This document shows, piece by piece, positions 1-11,845 of a DNA stretch of 64,000 nucleotides. The position numbers were made by a program, and so were the translations under genes. The stretch comes from Tubiluchus corallicola (lineage: Eukaryota; Animalia; Priapulida). The stretch covers positions 1-64,000 of the forward strand of contig JAQGDQ010000025.1 of the NCBI GenBank assembly GCA_030141605.1, read 5' to 3'. Position 1 is the first letter of the stretch. Each line of letters opens with the position of its first letter. Under the pieces are notes generated by a model. The model saw only the letters and a program-made list of their open reading frames with translations. It was not told where the DNA came from and made no database searches.

Positions 1-1056
1 TGAAAAATATTAGAAGGATTTAGTAATAAAAGTGTAATTAGTAAAATCACTTTAAAGTTGAGTTCATTTCATCGTATTAAAATTGTTCCTATATTGAACG
101 CCCATTCCTCTACCAATGACGTCGTTCATCAACTGAAGTATAGCATCGCACTGTTAATTTTCATCTGAAGTATAATGAGTTTTTACAAAAAATGGGATAG
201 CTAATTTTGTGGGATCTTTTGCATGAATGTTAGGTAAGCTGCAGAAGTCTGAATGTAGTTTAAAAGAAAACAGGACGATTTTTTACTATACTACTCCATT
301 TTCAAGTCCGATAAATAGTATACAGTTTAACACAATTAATACTGCAAAAGCGTTTCTGATAACTAAATAATAGATTAAAAACTTAATTAACGGCGGGTGA
401 GCCCAACTAGTGACGACATAACAAACTAACATAATTTTCAACAGCAAAAATATTCCACGAGTTACTCTAAGATATTCAGTGTGTTGTACTAAAACTTAAA
501 AGTTTTAAGATAAAAATTACAATTTCAATTTTACCGCTGTGCTCACGCATGAGCTGCCGAATGCGTGTCACAGTAGTTCGTCAGAAACAAACACATTTGA
601 ACTGAGAGGTACAGCACCTGTTTTTTGTGTAATGCGTTTCCGAAATTTAAGCGCTGGTGTCCGTCTAACCAGCGAATGGCGAAATGCCTGGTAACAGTGA
701 AGAACTAGTGGCGCAAAATTGAGTTTGTGTGGTAATAATTCTTTCATGTAAGTCGTTTTTGAAAAAAATAGTACATTTCCTTTCAATATTTTAAGGACCT
801 ACGGTTTAAGATTGGGTCTGGTTTTGCTTTAAGCAGCGATAGCGCTTACAAAAGTCCCGAAGTCCACCAATTACGTCATAATTTTCAAGTGAATTGCCGC
901 TACCACCGAGCCTAAAAATTTCTGTACAGCGGTGGTACAAATTACTTTATGCTTTATAGACAGTTTTTGTAAATTTCTCTTTGTTATATTTTTCCAAGTT
1001 TAAGTGATTACAGTAAAATATATAAACCAAATATACCAAGTGACTTGTTCTTTTCT
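1..1056 (+). mobile_element. Kolobok-like non-autonomous DNA transposon (family A), cut by the window edge and interrupted by a nested element
   Basis: 1-259 and 833-1056 align by eye to the complete copies at 49938-50480 and 32786-33285 (reverse). It ends in TTGTTCTTTTCT followed by TTAA. Confidence 0.75.
264..828. mobile_element. TTAA-flanked MITE (family B) nested in the family A copy
   Basis: TTAA at 260-263 and 829-832, with imperfect terminal inverted repeats AAGAAAACAGGA / TCTGGTTTTGCT. Removing it restores the single-TTAA site seen at 33000-33003. Confidence 0.8.
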
Positions 1057-1554
1057 TTAATGACTAGAACATATTACACAAATATACACAAATAGGCCAT
1101 ACACACAAATAAATATACAGAATGATCACAATGAGTTAGGAACATACGAAAATATGTAATATCAAAATAGAAACTACCGTCAAATAAGCAAAAGTATCAA
1201 AAAACAATAGTAGAGTACATATATATATATATATATGCCAAAAAGCAGACACCTGAACACCTGACAAGTTGATAACGAATTAAAAAAAATCACATAGCTT
1301 GAATACAAAATGAGCAACTCAAACAGGTTAGAAACAAGTTAGTGCAACCAAACTGAATCAATGATTTAAAGCGAAAACTAACAATAATCTACTAACCGGG
1401 CCTAACATCAAATCAAATAATCAGTTAAGAGTACAAGCCAGAAAGAATGATAATTAAAACTTTAGGGAAGCAGTCTCTAAGCCAATAGATGGTCTAACTG
1501 CTATTTTAGTTGTGCAGTTGGTGCTGGCAGTAGCTTTATCTTAATCTTTGTTGC

Positions 1555-1672
1555 GGTTATTGTTGCCGCTGCTGTTGCTGCTGTTGTTGCCGCTGTTGTT
1601 GCTGTTGCTTTACTGCTGTGGTGGTTGTTGTTGATTGTAGTGGTTGTTATGACAGTTTTTATGGTTGTTGCA
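1555..1672. repeat. Degenerate (GCT/GTT)n low-complexity tract
   Basis: Visible trinucleotide periodicity. Confidence 0.7.
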
Positions 1673-2109
1673 GTTAAAGTGGGCGTTTCTATTCTGATTA
1701 TTGTCTTTGTACAGTTTGGTGCACTGCCCTGAAATTCAGGTAAACAGTTTAACTACATGTTTAGTTGTTCTAATCGCATAACACACTATGAAAATGTCAT
1801 ATTGAGCGGTGTTCTTTCCATCCTCTGAAGGCGATACTTGAGTCTAAAAACTTCAAATAATGTTATTTCGTAATAAATATTTCATATTGTCATAAATTTG
1901 CTGTTCGTGTTGTTCTGACTTGATTAGCAACTATCTCGTATAATCTAACAGCAAGAATGTGCACAAATTGTCTGTCTCTGCTAATGTCGCAGAGACGACA
2001 CCATTTTTTATTTTATAACTGTGTCAAGGTTTTCACTAAATGATTTGATTTCATCCGACAGTGAAATTTGTATTTTTGTGTTTCGGGTCAATAGTTTTGA
2101 AGAAATTCT

Positions 2110-2115
2110 TATAAA
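2110..2115 (+). promoter_or_regulatory. Candidate TATA box of pentraxin-like gene 1
   Basis: TATAAA about 90 nt upstream of the ATG at 2201. Motif only, in an AT-rich background. Confidence 0.35.
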
Positions 2116-2200
2116 GCGTCTGTCACAATATGCAAACATGTAAGCTTAATTATTCTAACTTAGAGACGTATCAAAATTTGGCTGAATTACAAGCGAGACA

Positions 2201-3439
2201 ATGTGGTTAAAAACGCAGTGTCTGTATATTTGTGTTTTTCTGGTTATATGTAATTTAGTATTTTTGGTAAGTGGAATGGGTAACAGAAGAAACCGGAACT
2301 TCGGTAGCGCACACGGCAACCAGAACAGAAATAACAGAATGGGGTACGGCACACGGAATGGTAATGGCGGAAACAGAAACGGCAACCGGCATGCAAATGG
2401 CGGAAACGGATACGGCAATCAGAATGGAAATGGCGGAAACGGAAACCAGAATGGGAACGGCGGAAACGGATATGGAAACCAAAATGGGAATGGCGGGAAC
2501 GGATACGGCAATCACAATGGAAATGGCGGAAACAGAAACGGCAACCAGAATGGGAACGGAAGAAACGGATATGGAAACCAGAATGGGAATGGTGGAAACG
2601 GATATGGAAACAAGAATGGGAATGGCGGAAATGGACAAAATGCCCTGGCAAATGCCCAGGTAGAATGCTTTAACGTTGAAGACGCTGCTACAATGGTTAA
2701 CTTTCCAGACTTTGGTACAACCGACTACATTCACCTGAATAATGTCATAACGAGTGAGTTGGCTGCTTTCACTTCGTGCATGTGGGTGAAGTTGGATCCA
2801 AGTACACAGCAACACGAGGAAACCACGTTCCTTTCTTATGCATTATCTGCAGAAACTGACAATAACCAAGACGATGTGATCCGTTTCGCATTGAAAAACG
2901 ACAGCATAGCATTCTACGTTAATGGCATAGACGCAGGTCATAACACCATCGCATGGGAGGCGAAGCTAAGAAACGGCTACTGGGTTTTCCTTTGCGCCCG
3001 CTACGACCACTATGACAACAGTTGGGCCATAAACGCCGTCACCTCCGATGCCATGTACTGGACGTCAGGATACTTTGATTCGAGTGTTGGTACAATAATG
3101 CCTGGTGGATTTTTCCTGTTTGGACAGGATCAAGACGAACCGGGTGGTGATTTTGGTTTCATCCAAAGTTTCAAAGGAATGGTGACAGATATTACCGTGT
3201 TTTCTAGAAAATTGTCCAACGACGAAGTATACGAGCTTTCTCACTCTTGTAAGAATACTGGAGACCTCTTTACCTGGGGGGATTATCATATGATGCTTGT
3301 AGGTTATCATCTAGAACAGATGCCATCTACTTGTCCGTTGATTGAAGGTATCAGCTATAGAAACGTTTGTACGCTTGATCAACACGCTTTCGAGGCTCTC
3401 CTCGAAGCAGTAAATCAAGTTTCACAATCTGGAAAGTAA
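2201..3439 (+). CDS. Secreted pentraxin-domain protein with N-terminal Gly/Asn-rich repeats (412 aa, single coding exon)
   Basis: Hydrophobic N-terminus and GYGNQNGNGGN repeats. Pentraxin motifs FTSCMWVK, FLSYA, WVFLCARYD, GGFFLFGQDQDEPGGDF..QSFKG and VFSRKLS. Confidence 0.9.
   Translation: MWLKTQCLYICVFLVICNLVFLVSGMGNRRNRNFGSAHGNQNRNNRMGYGTRNGNGGNRNGNRHANGGNGYGNQNGNGGNGNQNGNGGNGYGNQNGNGGNGYGNHNGNGGNRNGNQNGNGRNGYGNQNGNGGNGYGNKNGNGGNGQNALANAQVECFNVEDAATMVNFPDFGTTDYIHLNNVITSELAAFTSCMWVKLDPSTQQHEETTFLSYALSAETDNNQDDVIRFALKNDSIAFYVNGIDAGHNTIAWEAKLRNGYWVFLCARYDHYDNSWAINAVTSDAMYWTSGYFDSSVGTIMPGGFFLFGQDQDEPGGDFGFIQSFKGMVTDITVFSRKLSNDEVYELSHSCKNTGDLFTWGDYHMMLVGYHLEQMPSTCPLIEGISYRNVCTLDQHAFEALLEAVNQVSQSGK
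2342..2632 (+). repeat. Coding minisatellite, about 9 copies of a 33-bp unit (GYGNQNGNGGN)
   Basis: Read directly from the translation. One unit is shortened to 9 aa. Confidence 0.9.
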
Positions 3440-3636
3440 GTGGAAAATGTGATTTAAAACAATCTTACAATGCTTCAAGTAATGTGCGTGCAACCATGTA
3501 AAACAATGACATACGTTCAATTCCAGTCTGAGAACTTATGTTGAAGGTATATTGGTACATTCAATTATTGCCTTAGCCAGTGCATCACGAGTGTGCCTTC
3601 ACACAGTTCACACTCACGCAAATTTGTTCACATTCA

Positions 3637-3642
3637 AATAAA
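3637..3642 (+). terminator. Candidate polyadenylation signal of gene 1
   Basis: AATAAA about 200 nt after the stop codon. Confidence 0.45.
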
Positions 3643-4406
3643 AGATTATCCCTTAATTTAAAAGGATTGAAAGTTCCCCTAGTAAGAGCTGATTGAGTAG
3701 CATGGGCTGTTTGTTTTCTTTTTACAATTCTGTTGTTAGTAAGTTGCTGTTACCATTGTTAGCATTATTGCACGATGCTACTAGTTAATTGGCAGAATTC
3801 GATTATTATGATCCTGTTTGTTTGAACTGGTGACGTTTCTTTCGTTATTTATTTGGCTTGTGTTATAAATTTTAGAAATGTGATATTGTTGTTCGTAAAT
3901 GATTTACAAAACACGTAAATGATTTGTTATAAGCTCTGCAAAATATTGCTTTTGTTAGTTAAGCATTGCCCGTATATATAATGCTTGTGTATGTATAACA
4001 AAGGCAAAAAACTTACATTTCTATACATATATATATATGTATTTATATATATTTATTATATATATATGTGTGGCACTGCTATAATGTTAAATTCTTATCT
4101 GATCGCTTTAGGTAGATAATAGGTGGTGTTAATCGAGCGCTGCCTAGCCAGTGTCACTAAGATTATTACCAGTGTTATTGTTGTTGGAATTGCTTAGTTT
4201 GGTTAAAGTTGCTGCATTGTTTAACGTTAATAAAATTGCTGTTTTGCTTTTCATGATAATGCATTGATAGTTAATATGTTCATTTGAAACGGATTCACAA
4301 AGAACAATCTTATAGCAAAAGATGAAATCACTCAAAGCAGAAGGAAAACCGTGCCCAATGTTAAATGGATTCTAAATTGTAATACTTGAGTTTGATTTAT
4401 TTGTTT

Positions 4407-4549
<143 letters not shown>

Positions 4550-4580
4550 AAATATACACATACCTATATATTTATAGACA

Positions 4581-4718
4581 TGGATTTTTTTCTTTGCGGA
4601 TTTCGCGATTCATTTAACATATGATACATTACATATATGTGTGTGAGTGCGTGTGTGTGTGTGTGTGTGTGTGGTTATATGAATCGCGAAATCAAAAAAA
4701 AAAAAAGAAAAAAATCCA
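4581..4718. repeat. Inverted repeat enclosing a (TG)n tract
   Basis: GATTTCGCGATTCAT / ATGAATCGCGAAATC is an exact inverted pair, plus outer TGGATTTTTTT / AAAAAAATCCA. Confidence 0.75.
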
Positions 4719-5389
4719 TTTCTAATCCGCTTTACCAATCTATAACATTGCTAAATTCTGGTACGCTTAAGTCCGCAAATACTGCAGATTTTGGTAAAAA
4801 AAATCCGCGGATTTTGATTCCACTAACTTTTGCCAATTACATAGTTAAAAGTCATTTTGGATTTATTATCATTATTTTTTTCATTTCAGACACTTGAAGT
4901 CCATAAAACAACAATAAAAATAAGGCACACGTAAAAACGCTCAGAGTTAGATTTATTGTAGCAAAGCGTTCAGAAATCTGTAGTGAAACTGCAGTGAGAA
5001 TATATTAAATTCGGTTAATACGTATAAAATTTGGAGTAGTTATCGTTTGCATGTTTTAATCTAAATCAATCTAGTTTACCTAAATTTATTATGTAGAAAT
5101 ACATAAATCTGTGAAATGCGTACAGAAAGAACTCTTCAGTGTTCTAATTATATGCTTCTCATCAATCATGTAATTAGGCTCATGTCATCCATTGTTGTGT
5201 TGCTTGAAATGTTTTCAGTTCAGAGACCGTTTCCTTTATATATCTTTGCAGGCCAAAGGATATGTGTCACAGAGTTCACAGTCTCTCCAGCTAATTAGGC
5301 TCATGTCATGCCACAAAATGGTGTCAATTCAACGACTGACCTTTTATTTTTAAAGAACTCGTAGCAGATTGGAGTCGTGCGCGTGCGCC

Positions 5390-6682
5390 ATGTTTTCAAA
5401 ACGGCAACGCTATTACATTTTTCTTATTTTTATGATTGTTCTGGTTATTTTGATTTGTGACGTGGTTGATGGTGGTAAACGCTTTCGCAGACGCAAAAGT
5501 AATAGAGTGCAGTCAAAGCAGCTGGAAAGAAAATCGATGAATAGACCTTTCCCAGGGTATTCAAGCTTGAAGAGAATTCAGAAAACTCCAACTTGTTTTG
5601 ACGCTAAAGAATCAAGTACTGAGGTTGTGTTTTCTGAATTTACTGAGACGGATTACATAAAGTTAAATAATGTCATAACCGACTCACTGGAAGCAATATC
5701 AGTGTGCATGTGGGTGAAGATATCCCCAGACGCTGAAAATAATGAAGAGACAACGCTTTTCTCCTATGCGACCAAAAATGAGGATGATACATTACGACTT
5801 TTTGTAAAAAACAATTCGCTGGTATTGACTGTGAATGGAATTGAGTCACAGGCTAATTCCATTGCAATAAATACAGGATTAAGGAATGGTTTTTATCATC
5901 AGGTTTGCGCTGGTTACGACTCAGTTACTAGTAGGTACTTTGTAAGTGTTGACGCACTTAATGTTCTAGGAGAGTGCATTCCAGCTACTTGTGGCAGTTA
6001 CAGTGGGGGCTGTTGGTGTGACTCTTTGTGTTTTGACTACGGAGATTGTTGCAGCAATGTGTGTGATGCAGATGCTTGTGGAGACGTTCTAGACGGATGC
6101 TCCATTGCACTTGAGCCATCTTTAGGGTCTTCTAGTCCAAGTGAAAGTTCTGGTCCGAGTAGAAGCCATACCCGCGGAAATGGTCCTTTTGATGTTGTAG
6201 ACGAAATAGATGATGTCAGCAGAATAATAGAAAGTAGGTCCACACGTATACGCAGAAGTGCAGAAAGTGAACAGGATTCTGACTATGTAGACATTGGAAC
6301 TTACGATACTGGCTTGGGCAGTATACCGCCTGGTGGATGTTTCGTCATTGGACAAAGCCAGGGCTTTGTCGGTGGTGGCTTTGACGTCTTACAGAGTTTA
6401 AAAGGAAGTGTTTTCGACTTTAACGTATACTCGAAAATGCTATCAATTCATGAAGCTGCCGAAATGACATTCAATTGTAAAAACCCTGGCGACGTATTTG
6501 CGTGGAGCGATTATCGAATGGAGCTTAGAGGTAACCTTAAAAAGTCAAACTTTGACAACCCACTTTGTACCGACGAACCAGAGACTAGAAAAGTGTGCAC
6601 TCTGTCAGAACATGCCATGAATAGTCTTCTCAAGATAGCTATCTCGTCTGCCCAGGTTGCACAGAAAAAGAAGGTGTGGTGA
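5390..6682 (+). CDS. Secreted pentraxin-like protein with an inserted somatomedin-B-like module (430 aa)
   Basis: ATG at 5390 in GCCATG context (the ORF track starts at an upstream TTG). Hydrophobic signal segment, then ISVCMWVK, LFSYAT, HQVCAGYDS and GGCFVIGQSQG. Contains CWCDSLCFDYGDCC. Collinear with gene 1. Confidence 0.9.
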   Translation: MFSKRQRYYIFLIFMIVLVILICDVVDGGKRFRRRKSNRVQSKQLERKSMNRPFPGYSSLKRIQKTPTCFDAKESSTEVVFSEFTETDYIKLNNVITDSLEAISVCMWVKISPDAENNEETTLFSYATKNEDDTLRLFVKNNSLVLTVNGIESQANSIAINTGLRNGFYHQVCAGYDSVTSRYFVSVDALNVLGECIPATCGSYSGGCWCDSLCFDYGDCCSNVCDADACGDVLDGCSIALEPSLGSSSPSESSGPSRSHTRGNGPFDVVDEIDDVSRIIESRSTRIRRSAESEQDSDYVDIGTYDTGLGSIPPGGCFVIGQSQGFVGGGFDVLQSLKGSVFDFNVYSKMLSIHEAAEMTFNCKNPGDVFAWSDYRMELRGNLKKSNFDNPLCTDEPETRKVCTLSEHAMNSLLKIAISSAQVAQKKKVW

Positions 6683-6819
6683 TCAGTCTTATTTATTTTA
6701 AGTATCTTCGTAAGGCTCCTCGTACCAGTTCCGGCGAAATAACAAAAGCATTAACACCAACAACATCCCCACAGCAACAAATATAGGTGAAGCAAAAGGG
6801 GAACAAACGGCCTACATGC

Positions 6820-7500
6820 AAATTGGGTTACCTTAGTATAAATCATCTTTTATATGCTGATGATTTTTGTATATTAGCTCCCTCTATACAAGCGTTACAA
6901 AGTATTTCAAATGGTTGTTCAGACTATGCTAATAATCATGGCTTGAACTTTAATGGGCCTAAAACGTATTGTACGTATTTTATGTGGAATAATATGCGAC
7001 ATATCGACTACGTGACTCTTGACGGTGTTAAAATATGTGTTAAAAATAATCACAAGTATCTTGGTCATGTACTTTCTAATAATTTTTCTGATGACTTAGA
7101 CATAAATAACCAAAATCGTTTGCTAATTGCTAGATCTAATATGTTTTAACTAAATGTAACTCTTGTTCAAAAAATGTGAAACTATGCTATTTCCTGCACA
7201 ATGTGAAACACATGCTGTGATAACTTAGAGGTTAATTTCAAAGTATGCAGCTTAACCAAGATCCGCGCCACTTACAACGTTGCTCTTCATAAGTTTTTCA
7301 CATGTTATGCTTATGATACGCAATCTTTTTCAATATGTGCAGAAAATAATATATAAAACATTTTACAGTACTGTTGAGTCACTCTGCTTATATTTTAAGA
7401 CAAGAATGATTGGATCAGCAAATTTTATTCTAAATTACATTTGCCACAAACTGATGTGCGATTTTATAGTAGCTTATTTAGAAGATGGTATGATTTATTG
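6820..7500 (+). mobile_element. 5'-truncated, frameshifted LINE reverse transcriptase remnant (RTE-X/L2-like)
   Basis: HLLYADDFCILAP, LNFNGPKT and KYLGH motifs. The frame breaks near 7149. Confidence 0.85.
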
Positions 7501-9889
7501 ATATAGTAACTGCTGGCTTTTTAACTAATGCTTTGTATTTTTAATATTTGTATATACTTCTTTATGTTTTTTTTAAATTTTTGTAGTTTTTAATAATACA
7601 TGTAGTATTTCCTAATTTTTAGTGTAAAATTTTATCTTTTGTATGGCATTTTTATGTGCGCCTTGGTGATAGTAATTGTTATCGTCATTGTTTTAGTGAA
7701 AAATAAAAGCACTGAATTGCTGTTACAAACTAAAAATGTTGTCTATTTAACCAGTGTAATGGAGTACTAATTTTCTCAAGCGGTTTTCAAGCGAAATTAA
7801 AAAACAAATTGGACAAGAAGTTTTTGGCTTATGCCATCTATGGTTGAAAAATGGTACTATTTATCGAGATTTCACTAAAATCTAATGTTATCCACCCAAA
7901 ATCTGTGTTTACTTTTCCGTCTAATAGTAATAAGCTAACGCCGCAGCTGTAAATTTCGATAGAGATGGTTTCCAAAAATTATTGCATGCAATTTTCGACC
8001 AAAAATGGCGCCGTGGGCTTTGTTTACACGCGTAGCGTATACGGACACATGGAAACAATCATTACGCATCACGCAAAACGGATCACAGATTGCGCATGCA
8101 CATGGAGTCGTAGCTTTATGATATTCACCGAGTATTTTTTTTCGTACTGAGTAAAAAACGGAATACACAATTTTGACTCACGTGGGTTTATCCATCGCTT
8201 TCCTCTTTCTCTTGGGTGATCGTTGCATAAATCTACACGAGTCAACATACTGAAGAGCAAAGGTTTTTATTGGCAAACGTTTTTCTTGGCCTGCTTAGAA
8301 AATTGACGTAAAGCACTTTTTGACATATTTTTCTCTTTCTGGAACATTTTAAAATTTTGCATGAAGGTAGTTCTCGATAAATTAATTTACAAAAATCTGT
8401 TGATTTGCTTATGTCCGAGGTTCGCAATTTCGCGATCTTGTACAGCTGGCAAGGGCATGAAGGTGATCTTGTTCTGACTTGTCACTTGATATGTCTTCAT
8501 TCCTGATAGTGGCTGTACCAAATTTTGTTTAACTGTATAAACTGCAGATGTGAAGTGAACATTTATGAGAAACAAAAGATAAGGAAATAAACGGAAATAC
8601 TAAGTTCCTAAATCCCTAAGGTAAGACACTATTTCGCTAGATCAGCAACAGGTAGCGGCATTTCCATTACTACACCTTTGCGAGTTAGTGTACTTTATGC
8701 CTGAGAGATGGCAGCACAAACACGCATTGGTGTAATCTGTGATCTTGCTGATGTTGTTTATTTTTTGTAGACGGGGTCTTTCTTAACTATTGCGCCAAAC
8801 GCGTTTCGGTTTTAAGAGCATCATTTGTACCTAGCTTACATTTGTTTACATTAAATATAGATATGTGAACACAAGAAACTAACCCCATTTAAAAATTCAC
8901 GGAAATGACATAATTTTTTTCTATGAAAATGGACGCACATAGTATCAATAATGCAAAGTTTTAATAAAGAAATGTAAAAATTTTGAGATGTTAGCGCCTT
9001 TTAAATAAAAAACATCGAAATAAAAAACAAACGAAATCAAATTTATCATTTTAAATTTTGTATTCCAGACACTTCAATTACTTTGCTCAGTATATCAGCA
9101 ATGAAATTGCAAATCATTTTTACTGATTAACCCAGTCATGCATGCATAACACTTGGATGTGCTACTAACCAATAACAACTGATGTATATATTATATAATA
9201 ACATTTAATAACATAATGTCATATTCACTATAGGGGTGCTAGACTAAATGACCATTGTCTCCGTCCGGCCATTCTCTGCTGTTATATGATTAGTATATTT
9301 TAGGTTTTCTATATTATGAGCCAAGATAAACTGTGCGGTTTCTGTATTCTGTAGATTCGAACTGTTCAATGGCTTTGATGACCATTGTAGCAGACTTAGC
9401 TGCAATTTTGTTAATTTACTTGTAAAATTCACGTATGTGGCGCCATCTCTGGCAGTAGTGCAAACGTTTTATTTTTAAGCCAGCTTTTCGATGTACCTGT
9501 GAGTCATTTCTGTTTCCTAATTGTGCTATAAACAATCAAGTTAATCCACTTATAGGGGACAAATTTACGTTAATTTTGTTGCAATTATATATATATATAT
9601 ATATATATAATATATGCAAGTGAGTGAGTGCATTAAAACGCTAGTGTTATCTAACAATCGATAAGATTTTCAAATCAATTAACACCAATTACATCAATAA
9701 CATCAATTTGTAGGCATACATATATCAATTATGCATATAAATTTTAGTTAGGCATAATACGTATCACCTGGGCATTAAATAATGCACTAAATCGTCTCAA
9801 TTAAACAATAGAAGAATTCACACAAAAAGAAGTGTAAGCTCTAATCTGCAAGAACAACAGAAATATTGTAATCATTCTTCAATTAGCAA

Positions 9890-10530
9890 AGTAACTAGAT
9901 TCAATATTTCTTTTTATTTAAACCGTTTAGTTGATTTTCAAAAATTCTGAACTATGATATATAGAAGCTCATTATTACAAGATTTCAATGAATTCATTAT
10001 TGAATTACACATAGATTTATAACTAGAATTTACAATTTGCTGATAAGTAATGAAATTGATACAAAGGAACTCATTTAGGAAAATATTGCCTTCATTTCCA
10101 TAACGTGTACATTCAAAAAAGTAATGCACGTAATTTTCAACGGATCTATCTGTTAGACTGGGAATAAACAAATCAGAATCCAATCTATTTGTTAACATTT
10201 CGTGTTTTCTGTATTCATTCTTTTTTACGCAAAGATTTATTATAAAATGTTCCCACTCCTTGGAAACAAGGCGTTTAAAAACAGTTTTACTAATACACAT
10301 TTGCCTTTATTCAATACTTAGCTTATTTCATAGTCTAGCTGGTCTTTGAAATCACCATTCTATAATTGAAAGTTAAGTTTTACAAAGTACGGATCATGCA
10401 GCGAATAATGTCTAATGGAACGATACTTTTCTAAAATGGTACATAAGTAAGGCGGAGCACTATAATAATACTAATAACGAAACTGCGAAAAGGCTTATTG
10501 GATAAAAATTCTCGCCTCTGTGGCATTTTA
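9890..10530 (-). mobile_element. Degraded CR1/L2-group LINE 3' end
   Basis: Minus-strand APPYL...HYSL, FKRLV and ENYVHYFFECTRY resemble a LINE ORF2 C-terminus. Confidence 0.55.
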
Positions 10531-11404
10531 AAAAGGCTTACATTTTTGTGTCCACCCTGTAAAAATAATGTACTGAATTAAGTATAATTGGTCACAACTT
10601 TTATAATTTTGTCTTTAACAATGTGGGAAAAACCAAAGCTTTGGCGCTAAGTTTGGAAAAATAACGATTTTAGCCTTGTGGCCTATATGGTTTCATCATT
10701 TCACAAAATTTCAAGTGTTTAGCCATGGATTTCTGTATTAATTTGTTAAAATACTGTCATGTTAGCACCTGGGAAGGGGATCTGTGAATCTTGTTAACCA
10801 ACGAGGATGAAAGTGACGAGAAATAAAGACATCAGAAACAGAAGCCGAAATAACATGAAAACAGAATGGATTGTCCTGATCCCAAAGAACATTTGCAGCC
10901 AACTTGAGAACATATATTGTTTCTTGAACCACAAACTAGCAATACATGTACTAGAGAAGAAAAAACATTTAATACGTCGTCACACAATACGAAATAGAAA
11001 CCACATCTACATAGTATAATGGTTCAAGCACATATTATAAACGCATGTAGTAGAACCGCGTACATAATATGTATTAATAAGATAAAGAGCAATAGTAAAA
11101 CAGCAAAATATTAGCGTGCTATAGGTTCAGAGAAATAGATTTCTTATGACCAGTTTGTTAGTTATATTAAGTACTTGATAATGCCCTTCTTAATACGAGG
11201 GAGGTCGTAGTTAAAAACGAAATAATTTTCTGGCACAGAACGGAGAAAATGTCGTTTTATAAATGTCGTTAGCTGTTCTGAGGTCTGGGCAAAATATGAG
11301 AAGCAGCAGGAAAATGAATGCCAACAAAACCAGTATCGTTTAAGAACCAAACTTGAGCTCCTAAGTGAGAGTCCTTCGTTAAAAGCAACATTAAAAAGGC
11401 TTAA

Positions 11405-11590
11405 AGGAAAACAGGATGATTTTTCATATTCAACTCCATTTTTAGTACGGTAGAAAGTACATTACATTACGGTAGTAAATTACATTTCTGTAGTAATAAT
11501 TCTTTCAAGTAAGTCATTCTTGAAAAAATAGTATGTTTCAACATTTTGTAGGGTTTTGAGCTATAGTTTAAGATGGTGTCCGAGTTTCCT
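11405..11590. mobile_element. Internally deleted copy of MITE family B
   Basis: TTAA|AGGAAAACAGGA ... TCCGAGTTTCCT|TTAT. Both ends match 264-828. Confidence 0.75.
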
Positions 11591-11721
11591 TTATCATAGC
11601 AATTAATCTTGAATGAATAAGAGCAAAGCCTGCAGTGCTGACGATAAAATAAGCTCCGTTTATGCATAATATGTGGTTAAATTCTTTGAAATAGATTTGT
11701 GATGATTACGTCACTTTGAAC

Positions 11722-11746
11722 TATTATTATCATTACCAATATCATT

Positions 11747-11823
<77 letters not shown>

Positions 11824-11845
11824 TATTATTATTACTATTATTATT
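11722..11845. repeat. (CAT)n/(TAT)n microsatellite
   Basis: Direct observation. Confidence 0.95.

Noticed and set aside
2155-2815. Overlapping ORFs (MEMAETET-type and His/Arg/Phe-rich)
   Set aside because: They are alternative-frame shadows of the 33-bp coding repeat in gene 1.
5369-5389. ORF-track start of gene 2
   Set aside because: It is a TTG. The in-frame ATG at 5390 has good context and directly precedes the signal segment.
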